A stretch of DNA of 64,000 nt from Auanema rhodensis (GCA_964057225.1 OZ059899.1:4216001-4280000), one strand, 5' to 3'; numbered from the stretch's first letter, positions 35,301 to 51,197 are shown. Made by a program: numbers and translations. Notes: generated by a model not told the origin, from the letters alone.

Positions 35301-38300
35301 AAAGAACTTGAAGAATAAAACCAAAACTACTGTTGGAGATATGGGGAATCGAACCCCAGACTTCTCGCATGCAAAGCGAGCGCTCTACCCCTGAGCTATA
35401 TCCCCACATTCGACAAAGTCAATGACTGTGAGTTTGTTCAAACTTGAAGAACCTCTTGATCAAAAATTTTAGTTGTGAATATTAATTTCCTAATCTAATT
35501 TTTCTCTCAATCATTTTGTAAATCTCCTGAAAAAAAATATAGAAAAGTAAAGAACTTGAAGAATAAAACCGAAACTACTGTTGGAGATATGAGGGATCGA
35601 ACCCCAGACTTCTCGCATGCAAAGCGAGCGCTCGACCCCTGAGCTATATCCCCACATTTGACAGAATATATGACTGTGAGTTTGTTCAAACTTGAAGAAC
35701 CTCTTGATCAAAAATTTTAGTTGTGAATATTAATTTCCTAATCTAATTTTTCTTTCAATCATTTTGTAAATTTCCTGAAAAAAAATTTATAAAAGTAAAG
35801 AACTTGAAGAATAAAACCAAAACTACTGTTGGAGATATGGGGAATCGAACACCAGACTTCTCGCATGCAAAGCGAGCGCTCTACCCCTGAGCTATATCCC
35901 CACATTTGACAGAATATATGACTGTGAGTTTGTTCAAACTTGAAGAACCTCTTGATCAAAAATTTTAGTTGTGAATATTAATTTCCTAATCTAATTTTTC
36001 TTTCAATCATTTTGTAAATTTCCTGAAAAAAAATTTATAAAAGTAAAGAACTTGAAGAATAAAACCAAAACTACTGTTGGAGATATGGGGAATCGAACAC
36101 CAGACTTCTCGCATGCAAAGCGAGCGCTCTACCCCTGAGCTATATCCCCACATTCGACAGAATATATGACTGTGAGTTTGTTCAAACTTGAAGAACCTCT
36201 TGATCAAAAATTTTAGTTGTGAATATTAATCTCCTAATCTAATTTTTGTTTCAATCATTTTGTAAATTTCCTGAAAAAAAATTTATAAAAGTAAAGAACT
36301 TGAAGAATAAAACCAAAACTACTGTTGGAGATATGGGGAATCGAACCCCAGACTTCTCGCATGCAAAGCGAGCGCTCTACCCCTGAGCTATATCCTCACA
36401 TTTGACAGAATATATGACTGTGAGTTTGTTCAAACTTGAAGAACCTCTTGATCAAAAATTTTAGTTGTGAATTTTAATTTCCTAATCTAATTTTTCTCTC
36501 AATCATTTTGTAAATCTCCTGAAAAAAAATATAGAAAAGTAAAGAACTTGAAGAATAAAACCAAAACTACTGTTGGAGATATGGGGAATCGAACCCCAGA
36601 CTTCTCGCATGCAAAGCGAGCGCTCTACCCCTGAGCTATATCCCCACATTCGACAGAATATATGACTGTGAGTTTGTTCAAACTTGAAGAACCTCTTGAT
36701 CAAAAATTTTAGTTGTGAATATTAATCTCCTAATCTAATTTTTGTTTCAATCATTTTGTAAATCTCCTGAAAAAAAATATAGAAAAGTAAAGAACTTGAA
36801 GAATAAAACCGAAACTACTGTTGGAGATATGAGGGATCGAACCCCAGACTTCTCGCATGCAAAGCGAGCGCTCTACCCCTGAGCTATATCCCCACATTCG
36901 ACAAAGTCAATGACTGTGAGTTTGTTCAAACTTGAAGAACCTCTTGATCAAAAATTTTAGTTGTGAATATTAATTTCCTAATCTAATTTTTCTTTCAATC
37001 ATTTTGTAAATTTCCTGAAAAAAAATATAGAAAAGTAAAGAACTTGAAAAATAAAACCAAAACTACTGTTGGAGATATGGGGAATCGAACCCCAGACTTC
37101 TCGCATGCAAAGCGAGCGCTCTACCCCTGAGCTATATCCTCACATTTGACAGAATATATGACTGTGAGTTTGTTCAAACTTGAAGAACCTCTTGATCAAA
37201 AATTTTAGTTGTGAATATTAATTTCCTAATCTAATTTTTCTCTCAATCATTTTGTAAATCTCCTGAAAAAAAATATAGAAAAGTAAAGAACTTGAAGAAT
37301 AAAACCGAAACTACTGTTGGAGATATGAGGGATCGAACCCCAGACTTCTCGCATGCAAAGCGAGCGCTCGACCCCTGAGCTATATCCCCACATTTGACAG
37401 AATATATGACTGTGAGTTTGTTCAAACTTGAAGAACCTCTTGATCAAAAATTTTAGTTGTGAATATTAATTTCCTAATCTAATTTTTCTTTCAATCATTT
37501 TGTAAATTTCCTGAAAAAAAATTTATAAAAGTAAAGAACTTGAAGAATAAAACCAAAACTACTGTTGGAGATATGGGGAATCGAACACCAGACTTCTCGC
37601 ATGCAAAGCGAGCGCTCTACCCCTGAGCTATATCCTCACATTTGACAGAATATATGACTGTGAGTTTGTTCAAACTTGAAGAACCTCTTGATCAAAAATT
37701 TTAGTTGTGAATATTAATTTCCTAATCTAATTTTTCTCTCAATCATTTTGTAAATCTCCTGAAAAAAAATATAGAAAAGTAAAGAACTTGAAGAATAAAA
37801 CCAAAACTACTGTTGGAGATATGGGGAATCGAACCCCAGACTTCTCGCATGCAAAGCGAGCGCTCTACCCCTGAGCTATATCCCCACATTCGACAGAATA
37901 TATGACTGTGAGTTTGTTCAAACTTGAAGAACCTCTTGATCAAAAATTTTAGTTGTGAATATTAATCTCCTAATCTAATTTTTGTTTCAATCATTTTGTA
38001 AATCTCCTGAAAAAAAATATAGAAAAGTAAAGAACTTGAAGAATAAAACCAAAACTACTGTTGGAGATATGGGGAATCGAACCCCAGACTTCTCGCATGC
38101 AAAGCGAGCGCTCTACCCCTGAGCTATATCCCCACATTCGACAGAATATATGACTGTGAGTTTGTTCAAACTTGAAGAACCTCTTGATCAAAAATTTTAG
38201 TTGTGAATATTAATCTCCTAATCTAATTTTTGTTTCAATCATTTTGTAAATCTCTTGAAAAAAATATAGAAAAGCAAAGAACTTGAAGAATAAAACCAAA

Positions 38301-41300
38301 ACTACTGTTGGAGATATGGGGAATCGAACCCCAGACTTCTCGCATGCAAAGCGAGCGCTCTACCCCTGAGCTATATCCCCACATTCGACAGAATATATGA
38401 CTGTGAGTTTGTTCAAACTTGAAGAACCTCTTGATCAGAAATTTTAGTTGTGAATATTAATTTTCTAATCTAATTTTTCTTTCAATCATTTTGTAAATCT
38501 CCTGAAAAAAAATATATAAAAGTAAAGAACTTGAAGAATAAAACCAAAACTACTGTTGGAGATATGGGGAATCGAACCCCAGACTTCTCGCATGCAAAGC
38601 GAGCGCTCTACCCCTGAGCTATATCCCCACATTCGACAAAGTCAATGACTGTGAGTTTGTTCAAACTTGAAGAACCTCTTGATCAAAAATTTTAGTTGTG
38701 AATATTAATTTCCTAATCTAATTTTTCTTTCAATCATTTTGTAAATTTCCTGAAAAAAAATATAGAAAAGTAAAGAACTTGAAAAATAAAACCAAAACTA
38801 CTGTTGGAGATATGGGGAATCGAACCCCAGACTTCTCGCATGCAAAGCTAGCGCTCTACCCCTGAGCTATATCCCCACATTTGACAGAATATATGACTGT
38901 GAGTTTGTTCAAACTTGAAGAACCTCTTGATCAAAAATTTTAGTTGTGAATATTAATTTCCTAATCTAATTTTTCTTTCAATCATTTTGTAAATTTCCTG
39001 AAAAAAAATTTATAAAAGTAAAGAACTTGAAGAATAAAACCAAAACTACTGTTGGAGATATGGGGAATCGAACCCCAGACTTCTCGCATGCAAAGCGAGC
39101 GCTCTACCCCTGAGCTATATCCCCACATTCGACAGAATATATGACTGTGAGTTTGTTCAAACTTGAAGAACCTCTTGATCAAAAATTTTAGTTGTGAATA
39201 TTAATCTCCTAATCTAATTTTTGTTTCAATCATTTTGTAAATCTCCTGAAAAAAAATATAGAAAAGTAAAGAACTTGAAGAATAAAACCAAAACTACTGT
39301 TGGAGATATGGGGAATCGAACCCCAGACTTCTCGCATGCAAAGCGAGCGCTCTACCCCTGAGCTATATCCTCACATTTGACAGAATATATGACTGTGAGT
39401 TTGTTCAAACTTGAAAAACCTCTTGATCAAAAATTTTAGTTGTGAATATTAATTTCCTAATCTAATTTTTCTTTCAATCATTTTGTAAATTTCCTGAAAA
39501 AAAATTTATAAAAGTAAAGAACTTGAAGAATAAAACCAAAACTACTGTTGGAGATATGGGGAATCGAACCCCAGACTTCTCGCATGCAAAGCGAGCGCTC
39601 TACCCCTGAGCTATATCCCCACATTTGACAGAATATATGACTGTGAGTTTGTTCAAACTTGAAGAACCTCTTGATCAAAAATTTTAGTTGTGAATATTAA
39701 TTTCCTAATCTAATTTTTGTTTCAATCATTTTGTAAATCTCCTGAAAAAAAATATAGAAAAGTAAAGAACTTGAAGAATAAAACCAAAACTACTGTTGGA
39801 GATATGGGGAATCGAACCCCAGACTTCTCGCATGCAAAGCGAGCGCTCTACCCCTGAGCTATATCCCCACATTTGACAGAATATATGACTGTGAGTTTGT
39901 TCAAACTTGAAGAACCTCTTGATCAAAAATTTTAGTTGTGAATATTAATTTCCTAATCTAATTTTTCTTTCAATCATTTTGTAAATTTCCTGAAAAAAAA
40001 TATAGAAAAGTAAAGAACTTGAAAAATAAAACCAAAACTACTGTTGGAGATATGGGGAATCGAACCCCAGACTTCTCGCATGCAAAGCTAGCGCTCTACC
40101 CCTGAGCTATATTCCCACATTTGACAGAATATATGACTGTGAGTTTGTTCAAACTTGAAGAACCTCTTGATCAAAAATTTTAGTTGTGAATATTAATTTC
40201 CTAATCTAATTTTTCTTTCAATCATTTTGTAAATTTCCTGGAAAAAAATTTATAAAAGTAAAGAACTTGAAGAATAAAACCAAAACTACTGTTGGAGACA
40301 TGGGGAATCGAACACCAGACTTCTCGCATGCAAAGCGAGCGCTCTACCCCTGAGCTATATCCCCACATTCGACAGAATATATGACTGTGAGTTTGTTCAA
40401 ACTTGAAGAACCTCTTGATCAAAAATTTTAGTTGTGAATATTAATCTCCTAATCTAATTTTTGTTTCAATCATTTTGTAAATCTCCTGAAAAAAAATATA
40501 GAAAAGTAAAGAACTTGAAGAATAATACCAAAACTACTGTTGGAGATATGGGGAATCGAACCCCAGACTTCTCGCATGCAAAGCGAGCGCTCTACCCCTG
40601 AGCTATATCCCCACATTTGACAGAATATATGACTGTGAGTTTGTTCAAACCTGAAAAACCTCTTGATCAAAAATTTTAGTTGTGAATATTAATTTCCTAA
40701 TCTAATTTTTCTTTCAATCATTTTGTAAATTTCCTGAAAAAAAATTTATAAAAGTAAAGAACTTGAAGAATAAAACCAAAACTACTGTTGGAGATATGGG
40801 GAATCGAACCCCAGACTTCTCGCATGCAAAGCGAGCGCTCTACCCCTGAGCTATATCCCCACATTCGACAGAATATATGACTGTGAGTTTGTTCAAACTT
40901 GAAGAACCTCTTGATCAGAAATTTTAGTTGTGAATATTAATTTCTTAATCTAATTTTTCTTTCAATCATTTTGTAAATCTCCTGAAAAAAAATATATAAA
41001 AGTAAAGAACTTGAAGAATAAAACCAAAACTACTGTTGGAGATATGGGGAATCGAACCCCAGACTTCTCGCATGCAAAGCGAGCGCTCTACCCCTGAGCT
41101 ATATCCCCACATTTGACAGAATATATGACTGTGAGTTTGTTCAAACTTGAAGAACCTCTTGATCAAAAATTTTAGTTGTGAATATTAATCTCCTAATCTA
41201 ATTTTTGTTTCAATCATTTTGTAAATCTCTTGAAAAAAAATATAGAAAAGTTAAGAACTCGAAGAATAAAACCAAAACTACTGTTGGAGATATGGGGAAT

Positions 41301-44300
41301 CGAACCCCAGACTTCTCGCATGCAAAGCGAGCGCTCTACCCCTGAGCTATATCCCCACATTCGACAGAATATATGACTGTGAGTTTGTTCAAACTTGAAG
41401 AACCTCTTGATCAAAAATTTTAGTTGTGAATATTAATTTCCTAATCTAATTTTTCTTTCAATCATTTTGTAAATTTCCTGAAAAAAATTTTATAAAAGTA
41501 AAGAACTTGAAGAATAAAACCAAAACTACTGTTGGAGATATGGGGAATCGAACCCCAGACTTCTCGCATGCAAAGCGAGCGCTCTACCCCTGAGCTATAT
41601 CCCCACATTCGACAAAGTCAATGACTGTGAGTTTGTTCAAACTTGAAGAACCTCTTGATCAAAAATTTTAGTTGTGAATATTAATTTCCTAATCTAATTT
41701 TTCTCTCAATCATTTTGTAAATCTCCTGAAAAAAAATATAGAAAAGTTAAGAACTCGAAGAATAAAACCAAAACTACTGTTGGAGATATGAGGAATCGAA
41801 CCCCAGACTTCTCGCATGCAAAGCGAGCGCTCGACCCCTGAGCTATATCCCCACATTTGACAGAATATATGACTGTGAGTTTGTTCAAACTTGAAGAACC
41901 TCTTGATCAAAAATTTTAGTTGTGAATATTATTCTCCTAATCTAATTTTTGTTTCAATCATTTTGTAAATCTCTTGAAAAAAAATATAGAAAAGTTAAGA
42001 ACTCGAAGAATAAAACCAAAACTACTGTTGGAGATATGGGGAATCGAACCCCAGACTTCTCGCATGCAAAGCGAGCGCTCTACCCCTGAGCTATATCCCC
42101 ACATTTGACAGAATATATGACTGTGAGTTTGTTCAAACTTGAAGAACCTCTTGATCAAAAATTTTAGTTGTGAATATTAATTTCCTAATCTAATTTTTCT
42201 TTCAATCATTTTGTAAATTTCCTGAAAAAAAATTTATAAAAGTAAAGAACTTGAAGAATAAAACCAAAACTACTGTTGGAGATATGGGAAATCGAACACC
42301 AGACTTCTCGCATGCAAAGCGAGCGCTCTACCCCTGAGCTATATCCCCACATTCGACAGAATATATGACTGTGAGTTTGTTCAAACTTGAAGAACCTCTT
42401 GATCAAAAATTTTAGTTGTGAATATTAATTTCCTAATCTAATTTTTCTCTCAATCATTTTGTAAATCTCCTGAAAAAAAATATAGAAAAGTAAAGAACTT
42501 GAAGAATAAAACCAAAACTACTGTTGGAGATATGGGGAATCGAACCCCAGACTTCTCGCATGCAAAGCGAGCGCTCTACCCCTGAGCTATATCCCCACAT
42601 TCGACAGAATATATGACTGTGAGTTTGTTCAAACTTGAAGAACCTCTTGATCAAAAATTTTAGTTGTGAATATTAATCTCCTAATCTAATTTTTGTTTCA
42701 ATCATTTTGTAAATCTCCTGAAAAAAAATATAGAAAAGTAAAGAACTTGAAGAATAAAACCAAAACTACTGTTGGAGATATGGGGAATCGAACCCCAGAC
42801 TTCTCGCATGCAAAGCGAGCGCTCTACCCCTGAGCTATATCCCCACATTCGACAGAATATATGACTGTGAGTTTGTTCAAACTTGAAGAACCTCTTGATC
42901 AAAAATTTTAGTTGTGAATATTAATTTCCTAATCTAATTTTTCTCTCAATCATTTTGTAAATCTCCTGAAAAAAAATATAGAAAAGTTAAGAACTCGAAG
43001 AATAAAACCAAAACTACTGTTGGAGATATGAGGAATCGAACCCCAGACTTCTCGCATGCAAAGCGAGCGCTCGACCCCTGAGCTATATCCCCACATTTGA
43101 CAGAATATATGACTGTGAGTTTGTTCAAACTTGAAGAACCTCTTGATCAAAAATTTTAGTTGTGAATATTATTCTCCTAATCTAATTTTTGTTTCAATCA
43201 TTTTGTAAATCTCTTGAAAAAAAATATAGAAAAGTTAAGAACTCGAAGAATAAAACCAAAACTACTGTTGGAGATATGGGGAATCGAACCCCAGACTTCT
43301 CGCATGCAAAGCGAGCGCTCTACCCCTGAGCTATATCCCCACATTTGACAGAATATATGACTGTGAGTTTGTTCAAACTTGAAGAACCTCTTGATCAAAA
43401 ATTTTAGTTGTGAATATTAATTTCCTAATCTAATTTTTCTTTCAATCATTTTGTAAATTTCCTGAAAAAAAATTTATAAAAGTAAAGAACTTGAAGAATA
43501 AAACCAAAACTACTGTTGGAGATATGGGAAATCGAACACCAGACTTCTCGCATGCAAAGCGAGCGCTCTACCCCTGAGCTATATCCCCACATTCGACAGA
43601 ATATATGACTGTGAGTTTGTTCAAACTTGAAGAACCTCTTGATCAAAAATTTTAGTTGTGAATATTAATTTCCTAATCTAATTTTTCTCTCAATCATTTT
43701 GTAAATCTCCTGAAAAAAAATATAGAAAAGTAAAGAACTTGAAGAATAAAACCAAAACTACTGTTGGAGATATGGGGAATCGAACCCCAGACTTCTCGCA
43801 TGCAAAGCGAGCGCTCTACCCCTGAGCTATATCCCCACATTCGACAGAATATATGACTGTGAGTTTGTTCAAACTTGAAGAACCTCTTGATCAAAAATTT
43901 TAGTTGTGAATATTAATCTCCTAATCTAATTTTTGTTTCAATCATTTTGTAAATCTCCTGAAAAAAAATATAGAAAAGTAAAGAACTTGAAGAATAAAAC
44001 CAAAACTACTGTTGGAGATATGGGGAATCGAACCCCAGACTTCTCGCATGCAAAGCGAGCGCTCTACCCCTGAGCTATATCCCCACATTCGACAGAATAT
44101 ATGACTGTGAGTTTGTTCAAACTTGAAGAACCTCTTGATCAAAAATTTTAGTTGTGAATATTAATCTCCTAATCTAATTTTTCTTTCAATCATTTTGTAA
44201 ATTTCCTGAAAAAAATTTTATAAAAGTAAAGAACTTGAAGAATAAAACCAAAACTACTGTTGGAGATATGGGGAATCGAACCCCAGACTTCTCGCATGCA

Positions 44301-46249
44301 AAGCGAGCGCTCTACCCCTGAGCTATATCCCCACATTCGACAGAATATATGACTGTGAGTTTGTTCAAACTTGAAGAACCTCTTGATCAGAAATTTTAGT
44401 TGTGAATATTAATTTTCTAATCTAATTTTTCTTTCAATCATTTTGTAAATCTCTTGAAAAAAAATATATAAAAGTAAAGAACTTGAAGAATAAAACCAAA
44501 ACTACTGTTGGAGATATGGAGAATCGAACCCCAGACTTCTCGCATGCAAAGCGAGCGCTCTACCCCTGAGCTATATCTCCACATTTGACAGAATATATGA
44601 CTGTGAGTTTGTTCAAACTTGAAGAACCTCTTGATCAAAAATTTTAGTTGTGAATATTAATCTCCTAATCTAATTTTGGTTTCAATCATTTCGTAAATCT
44701 CTTGAAAAAAAATATAGAAAAGTTAAGAACTTGAAGAATAAAACCAAAACTACTGTTGGAGATATGGGGAATCAAACCCCAGACTTCTCGCATGCAAAGC
44801 GAGCGCTCTACCCCTGAGCTATATCCCCACATTCGACAGAATATATGACTGTGAGTTTGTTCAAACTTGAAGAACCTCTTGATCAGAAATTTTAGTTGTG
44901 AATATTAATTTTCTAATCTAATTTTTCTTTCAATCATTTTGTAAATCTCCTGAAAAAAAATATATAAAAGTAAAGAACTTGAAGAATAAAACCAAAACTA
45001 CTGTTGGAGATATGGGGAATCGAACCCCAGACTTCTCGCATGCAAAGCGAGCGCTCTACCCCTGAGCTATATCCCCACATTCGACAAAGTCAATGACTGT
45101 GAGTTTGTTCAAACTTGAAGAACCTCTTGATCAAAAATTTTAGTTGTGAATATTAATTTCCTAATCTAATTTTTCTTTCAATCATTTTGTAAATTTCCTG
45201 AAAAAAATTTTATAAAAGTAAAGAACTTGAAGAATAAAACCAAAACTACTGTTGGAGATATGAGGAATCGAACCCCAGACTTCTCGCATGCAAAGCGAGC
45301 GCTCGACCCCTGAGCTATATCTCCACATTTGACAGAATATATGACTGTGAGTTTGTTCAAACTTGAAGAACCTCTTGATCAAAAATTTTAGTTGTGAATA
45401 TTAATCTCCTAATCTAATTTTTGTTTCAATCATTTTGTAAATCTCTTGAAAAAAAATATAGAAAAGTTAAGAACTCGAAGAATAAAACCAAAACTACTGT
45501 TGGAGATATGGGGAATCGAACCCCAGACTTCTCGCATGCAAAGCGAGCGCTCTACCCCTGAGCTATATCCCCACATTTGACAGAATATATGACTGTGAGT
45601 TTGTTCAAACTTGAAGAACCTCTTGATCAAAAATTTTAGTTGTGAATATTAATTTCCTAATCTAATTTTTCTTTCAATCATTTTGTAAATTTCCTGAAAA
45701 AAAATTTATAAAAGTAAAGAACTTGAAGAATAAAACCAAAACTACTGTTGGAGATATGGGAAATCGAACACCAGACTTCTCGCATGCAAAGCGAGCGCTC
45801 TACCCCTGAGCTATATCCCCACATTCGACAGAATATATGACTGTGAGTTTGTTCAAACTTGAAGAACCTCTTGATCAAAAATTTTAGTTGTGAATATTAA
45901 TTTCCTAATCTAATTTTTCTCTCAATCATTTTGTAAATCTCCTGAAAAAAAATATAGAAAAGTAAAGAACTTGAAGAATAAAACCAAAACTACTGTTGGA
46001 GATATGGGGAATCGAACCCCAGACTTCTCGCATGCAAAGCGAGCGCTCTACCCCTGAGCTATATCCCCACATTCGACAGAATATATGACTGTGAGTTTGT
46101 TCAAACTTGAAGAACCTCTTGATCAAAAATTTTAGTTGTGAATATTAATCTCCTAATCTAATTTTTGTTTCAATCATTTTGTAAATCTCCTGAAAAAAAA
46201 TATAGAAAAGTAAAGAACTTGAAGAATAAAACCAAAACTACTGTTGGAG
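20345..46249 (-). repeat. Tandem tRNA-Ala gene array, segment 2 (about 104 units)
   Basis: The same 248-bp unit runs uninterrupted between the two proviruses. The count is length divided by 248. Confidence 0.98.
20457..20528 (-). tRNA. tRNA-Ala(TGC) variant with an anticodon-stem mismatch
   Basis: The plus strand has gctagcg, so the stem is CTAGC/GCGAG. Confidence 0.85.
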
Positions 46250-46586
46250 CGTTCCGTTATGCTCTCACGTCGATCCTATAGACCAATAAAGCCTACAAGA
46301 TGAGTGTGATAGTATTCCAGATGTAGCGGTAGATAAAGAGCATAATGGATAAACATAAGACTCGAGAAAGAAAGGTTTATTATGTCTACATGATTACAAT
46401 AAGTTATATAAGTCTACATAAAGATATAAAGTGAAAGAGAGCTAAGAAAGGAAGACCAACCATCCATAGTCATTCCATAAGGCAAAGCTGAAGTCTGTGT
46501 TCCATATGAAGGGCGTGTCGTCCTCTCTCAGCCTCATGTCGTCTGATTCTAACCCGTCTGCTACGTATTGATTTCCGAATGGAACG
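46250..46586 (-). repeat. 3' LTR of provirus 2 (337 bp)
   Basis: Direct repeat of 51198-51534 with CGTTCC...GGAACG termini. Confidence 0.96.
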
Positions 46587-47282
46587 TGCCATTTTTTCGA
46601 GTTTTTGTCGCGTCCTCGCGAATAGCAAAATATGTGGCTTGTTTCAATCGTAGCAGAAGGTTTAGTTTTAAAAAATAAAAATTACAATGTTAACATAAAA
46701 ATAGTAAAGATAAATTACAATATAATGTTAAACAATATTATCTGAAAAGAATTTAATAACAATTATTTGAAAATACATGAATATTAAGGAATAAAACAAT
46801 CTTTTAGAATACCAGGGCTATATTTTGTCAGCGAGAGTGCGCAAAATAGCTTTTTAGGCACGACGCTGCATGTCTAACTTGTTTGAGTATAGAGAAACGA
46901 GAGTCATGCTATATTATCGATGGAGCTAGCATGTTTCTTCAGCGTATTCAAAGCGAATTGTAATAATAAAAAAAATTAAACTAAATCCCATATAATTTCC
47001 GGAATTGAATCATTAACTACTTGATAAGGACTGTTGCTCAGATGAATATGCAATATAATGTCTCTTATCTTTCATTTCTTCATTATTTACGGGAAATTAT
47101 TTGAAATTGATGAAGTTTTATAATCATATATGCTTTGAAACTGAAATGCTTTTTGATTATTAGCTTACATCTCGTCTTACTCAAGTTTTTCAATGATATA
47201 ATAATATTAATAGCTCTGGTTTTTTAAAAGAGAGTTGATACAAAGTTTTACAATAATTTTATCAATCTCGAAATTATTTCTT

Positions 47283-50200
47283 TCATCGTCTTCTTCTTGG
47301 TGGTAGCCAATTTTGGTCCGATGGGTCTTCTGGTTCTGTTTCTTCAGTAGAGTCATAATTATCGTTACCATTTATGACTTTTATGATCTCAATATCGCTG
47401 TCGTCGTCCGTGTCATAAGTCGTTGTATTGGATCGCGTGTTTTGAGCGATTGTATGGTCCATTTTGCGTTCAAAAAGTTTAAGATTGTCTTTGTGTACGT
47501 CTTGAATTTTTCCAAATGGATTCTTGAGTTGTACCATGTTTCCTTGAACGTTGATGACTTCAAATGGTCCATCATATGATTTGCGAAGCTTTTGACCTGG
47601 TTTATGCGCTTTAATTGCTTACATAACTTGGTCTCCTTTTCGGATATCTCTTTCTTCTATTCGTTGTCGTCCATCATGTTTTCTCTTCGCGGTTTCTTGA
47701 TGTTTTGCAAGATTTTCTTGAATGATGGTTCTTCTTTCTCCTCTGATATATTCGGTATTCTCAATTTCTTCCAAGATCGCTGGTTGTAATGTCTCGGGGA
47801 ATAATTCTTTGTCTAATCTCATACGACTTTCTTTTCCGAATAATGCTATGTATGGAGAGATTCCTGTGGTTGCGTGTGTTATTGTATTTAACGCAAAAGT
47901 AACTTTTGGTAAATACATGTCCCAATCAGTTACGTCTTCGTTGAGATAGTGTGTTAATCCTTCTTCTAGCGTTCTGTGTAGTCTTTCGACTTGTCCATTA
48001 GAGTTTTTCTGATGAGGGAGTGTTGGCTCGTGTTTAATGCCAAGTTTTTCACACATTTCTTCAAATTTCTTTGATACAAAATTAGATCCACGATCGGTTA
48101 TTAAACGATTTGGTGGTCCAAAAATATATACGAAATTCCTGAGGAATCTATCAATGATGACATCGGTGACAATTGTTGGTATAGCGATGGTTGTCGCCCA
48201 TTTGGAGAATGAATCTTGTATTGTTAGGACATAATTGTTGTTTCTTTTTGAAGTAGGGAATGGTCCCATAATATCCATATGTATTCTCTCAAATGGTTTT
48301 GATGGTATTTCAAATTGACCCATAGGCTGAACGGTCATAGCGTAAGGATCTTTCTTCCTTTGTCCGCATTTAACGCATTGTTTCCTTATTGGTGGCATTT
48401 TTACGAATGCTTTTAATATTTCTTGTCTTGATGGAACTGTTAATTTTTCTTCAATTATAACTGGTGTATTGGCTAAATCAAGAGCAATAGTTTCAGCACG
48501 CTCTCGATAAGTGCCTTCTTTTGTACGAATTAACCGATCAAATTCAATAACGGTCAAACGATCTGATATTTGTTGAAGAAGTTGCCTGGATGTTAAATAA
48601 GATATTCCAGCTTTAGTAGCTAAAGCTAATTCTCTTTGAGCAACATATTGTAAAATGGCTTCGTCTTTATCACGGAAATCATATTGTTTGAGAAAATGTC
48701 TTAAAGATTTCTCATAAATTTGAGTTTTAAAGAAAAATTCAAAATTTTCACGATGGGCTATTATCCATTCTTTCAAGGAATATGTAGGGTCTACCATACG
48801 TCTTCCTTTAATTAGAGGAATAATTTGTGTAATTCCTGGATTACTCATAAGTGGTCTTAAAAATGGATATGGGCAAATTCGAAGCGTGTACGTTTCAAAA
48901 TCTTCAACATCATTTATTCTATCCTGATCGAATGGGAATGAGCATTTTGTAGAAGTTGCGCGTTTAGGTCTTTTGAACGGCAATTTCTTAAATTCTCGTT
49001 CAATTAGGAGTGTGATATTGTTATCATTAGGATATTTGGGGAATGTTATATAATTTCCTGATGTTGTATGGAATGCTGGTTGTCTAAAGCAGGATGCAAT
49101 TGGTTTTGGAGTTATTTTACTCGAAAGGATAAGCGCTGATTGTGTACTTGGAATCAAAATAGTTTCTTTGCTTATTATAGCATCGTAGTAATGCATATCG
49201 ATATAATTACAACGGGAATCCGATGTTTGGGGATCCCATATAATTATTGATGTATTTGATTTGCAATTACCATGATGAGCACTACAACCTTCAGTGTTTA
49301 GTATTAAATTGGATAATATTGTATCATCGGGCATGCGGGTTATGACTCCGCGCTCTAGTACTAAACGCGGCCGCTCCTCGCACTCGTCGCGGCTAAACGC
49401 GCGCGCCGGATCATAGGAGGGCTCTGGGGTTGCTTGTGCTATACTATCGATTCTCTCCAGCTCCATGTTATTCCATTTGCGATCGCGAATCGCCTGCCTG
49501 CACTCGTGCGCCGCTATAGGCTGCACCCTATCGATTGTTCTGTTTGTGTCGCGGAGGAATAACAAATCGCGTACACACAGCTTGTGTACTTCCTTCGAGC
49601 AGCGCCTCGCGTCCCACTCGTGTGCCGTGTGGTTTCGCGTGTATAGATGGATTTGTGTACGTAGCACATGATTTGTTTCTGTTAATTTACATTTCTTTAC
49701 TACTGGTGGAACTAATAAGGCTCCTCCAGTTGCTTTTGTGCAAATTTGATATGAAGTTACACATGGCAGGAAAATTGCTACTGTGATTGCCATTACAACC
49801 GTTAGTGATAACGGTGAAAGGGTCACAGAGTTAATTCGTGGTGTGCTTCTATCTCGTCCTCTTGATTGATCTTTTTGATTGTTAAAATGGACTCTTCTTT
49901 GTCCGTTATGTTCATTAGTCCTTCCTCTTCTACCATTGTTTGAAGGATTAAAATTGTTTGAATGCCAGTTGTTATTAAATCGTCCCGAATTTCGTTCATA
50001 ATTATTGTTACGGCGATAATTAGCAAAAGAGCCGTTACGATTTTGGTTGTTATTATATTTTGAAAAGTTTTTATTTTTCTGATAATTTTGATAATTATGA
50101 TAATTTTTATTGTTTTGGTTATCACGTGGATAATTACGGTCGAAATTTCGGTTATCTCGTCTCTCGTTTGTGCGCGCGAAAGGAGCTAGTGCTTTGTTTA

Positions 50201-50666
50201 CAGCATTGACTAGCATGGACTGCGTGTCTGTTGTCTGGTTCATTATCGATTCTTCCCAGCGAGCGGCCTCAATCGCATCCGTGAAGGATTTTGGCTTCGC
50301 TCGAATCACAGCTGGTTTCAGAGTATTTTTTAGTCCTCTGAGGAAAGTTGATCTTAATATGTGATCTTTGTGAGGGTCATCCGTGGCAAAAGCGCTTAGT
50401 GCAATCGTTCTCAGTGATTGAGCGTAAGCGTCAATTGTCAGATCCCCTTGGGTTGTATTTTGGAGATTGATCAGCGCGGGGTCCTGATTATATTCAGGAC
50501 ACAGCTTAGATGTTAAAGCTCTTAACAGGTCATTCCATGAACCGGTGGTTTTTAATTGTTCAGGTACTTGCCTGTACGCTTCTTCCGCTGCTTCGTTTTT
50601 AAGAAGCAAAGGTAGAAGGGCTAATCTCTCCGGGATTACCAGACCTACAGCGTTGGCAAATAGGTT
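47283..50666 (-). pseudogene. Deleted polyprotein: truncated gag, env-like domain and integrase core fused in frame, with a nonsense codon at 47619-47621
   Basis: ORF 47619-50738 matches provirus 1 from NLFANA onward and jumps at MPPIRK|QCVKC. After the TAA (TTA in provirus 1) the same frame continues through YDGPF to 47283. Confidence 0.9.
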
Positions 50667-51184
50667 GGTAACGCAAAATAAAATAGTCCGCAAAATATGA
50701 AATAATCTCAATTTGGTGCGCAAAATTGTTTCATCCACAAAAATAAAGAAATAACCGTGGCTATTCTTTCCTCGAAGCCAAAATCAATCCTTAAAAGGAG
50801 AAAGTGTGGGCATAAATCTCAATAAAAATTATCCTTCGGTGAATTTGTTCACTAATTCATCCTAGGGTCCTCAAAAATGCTTCGAGTTCGGGTAACAGAG
50901 TATTCGATGTTAACAGCAAGGATATAAAAATTGTTGGGTTCAGACAGACAGAAAATTGTGAACAAACGGGAAAATATAACTTCAGTTTCAAAAAATATAA
51001 AATATTCATCTCCAAAAGGAGTGGTCCTTGCATCTGTTCCCTTTTAAACGTTGTTGGCCCCACCGTATTGTGTTAAGACATGGAGTAGATGGTTTAGAGA
51101 TATAAGAGAACTCAGATTCAATGAAATATTGAAAATAACGAAATATAAGAGCAAATAGTCAAGAAATCAAGATAAAATGTTCGA

Positions 51185-51197
51185 GGTGGAACCTCCA
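51185..51197 (-). promoter_or_regulatory. Primer-binding site (tRNA-Gln) of provirus 2
   Basis: The identical TGGAGGTTCCACC abuts the 5' LTR. Confidence 0.88.
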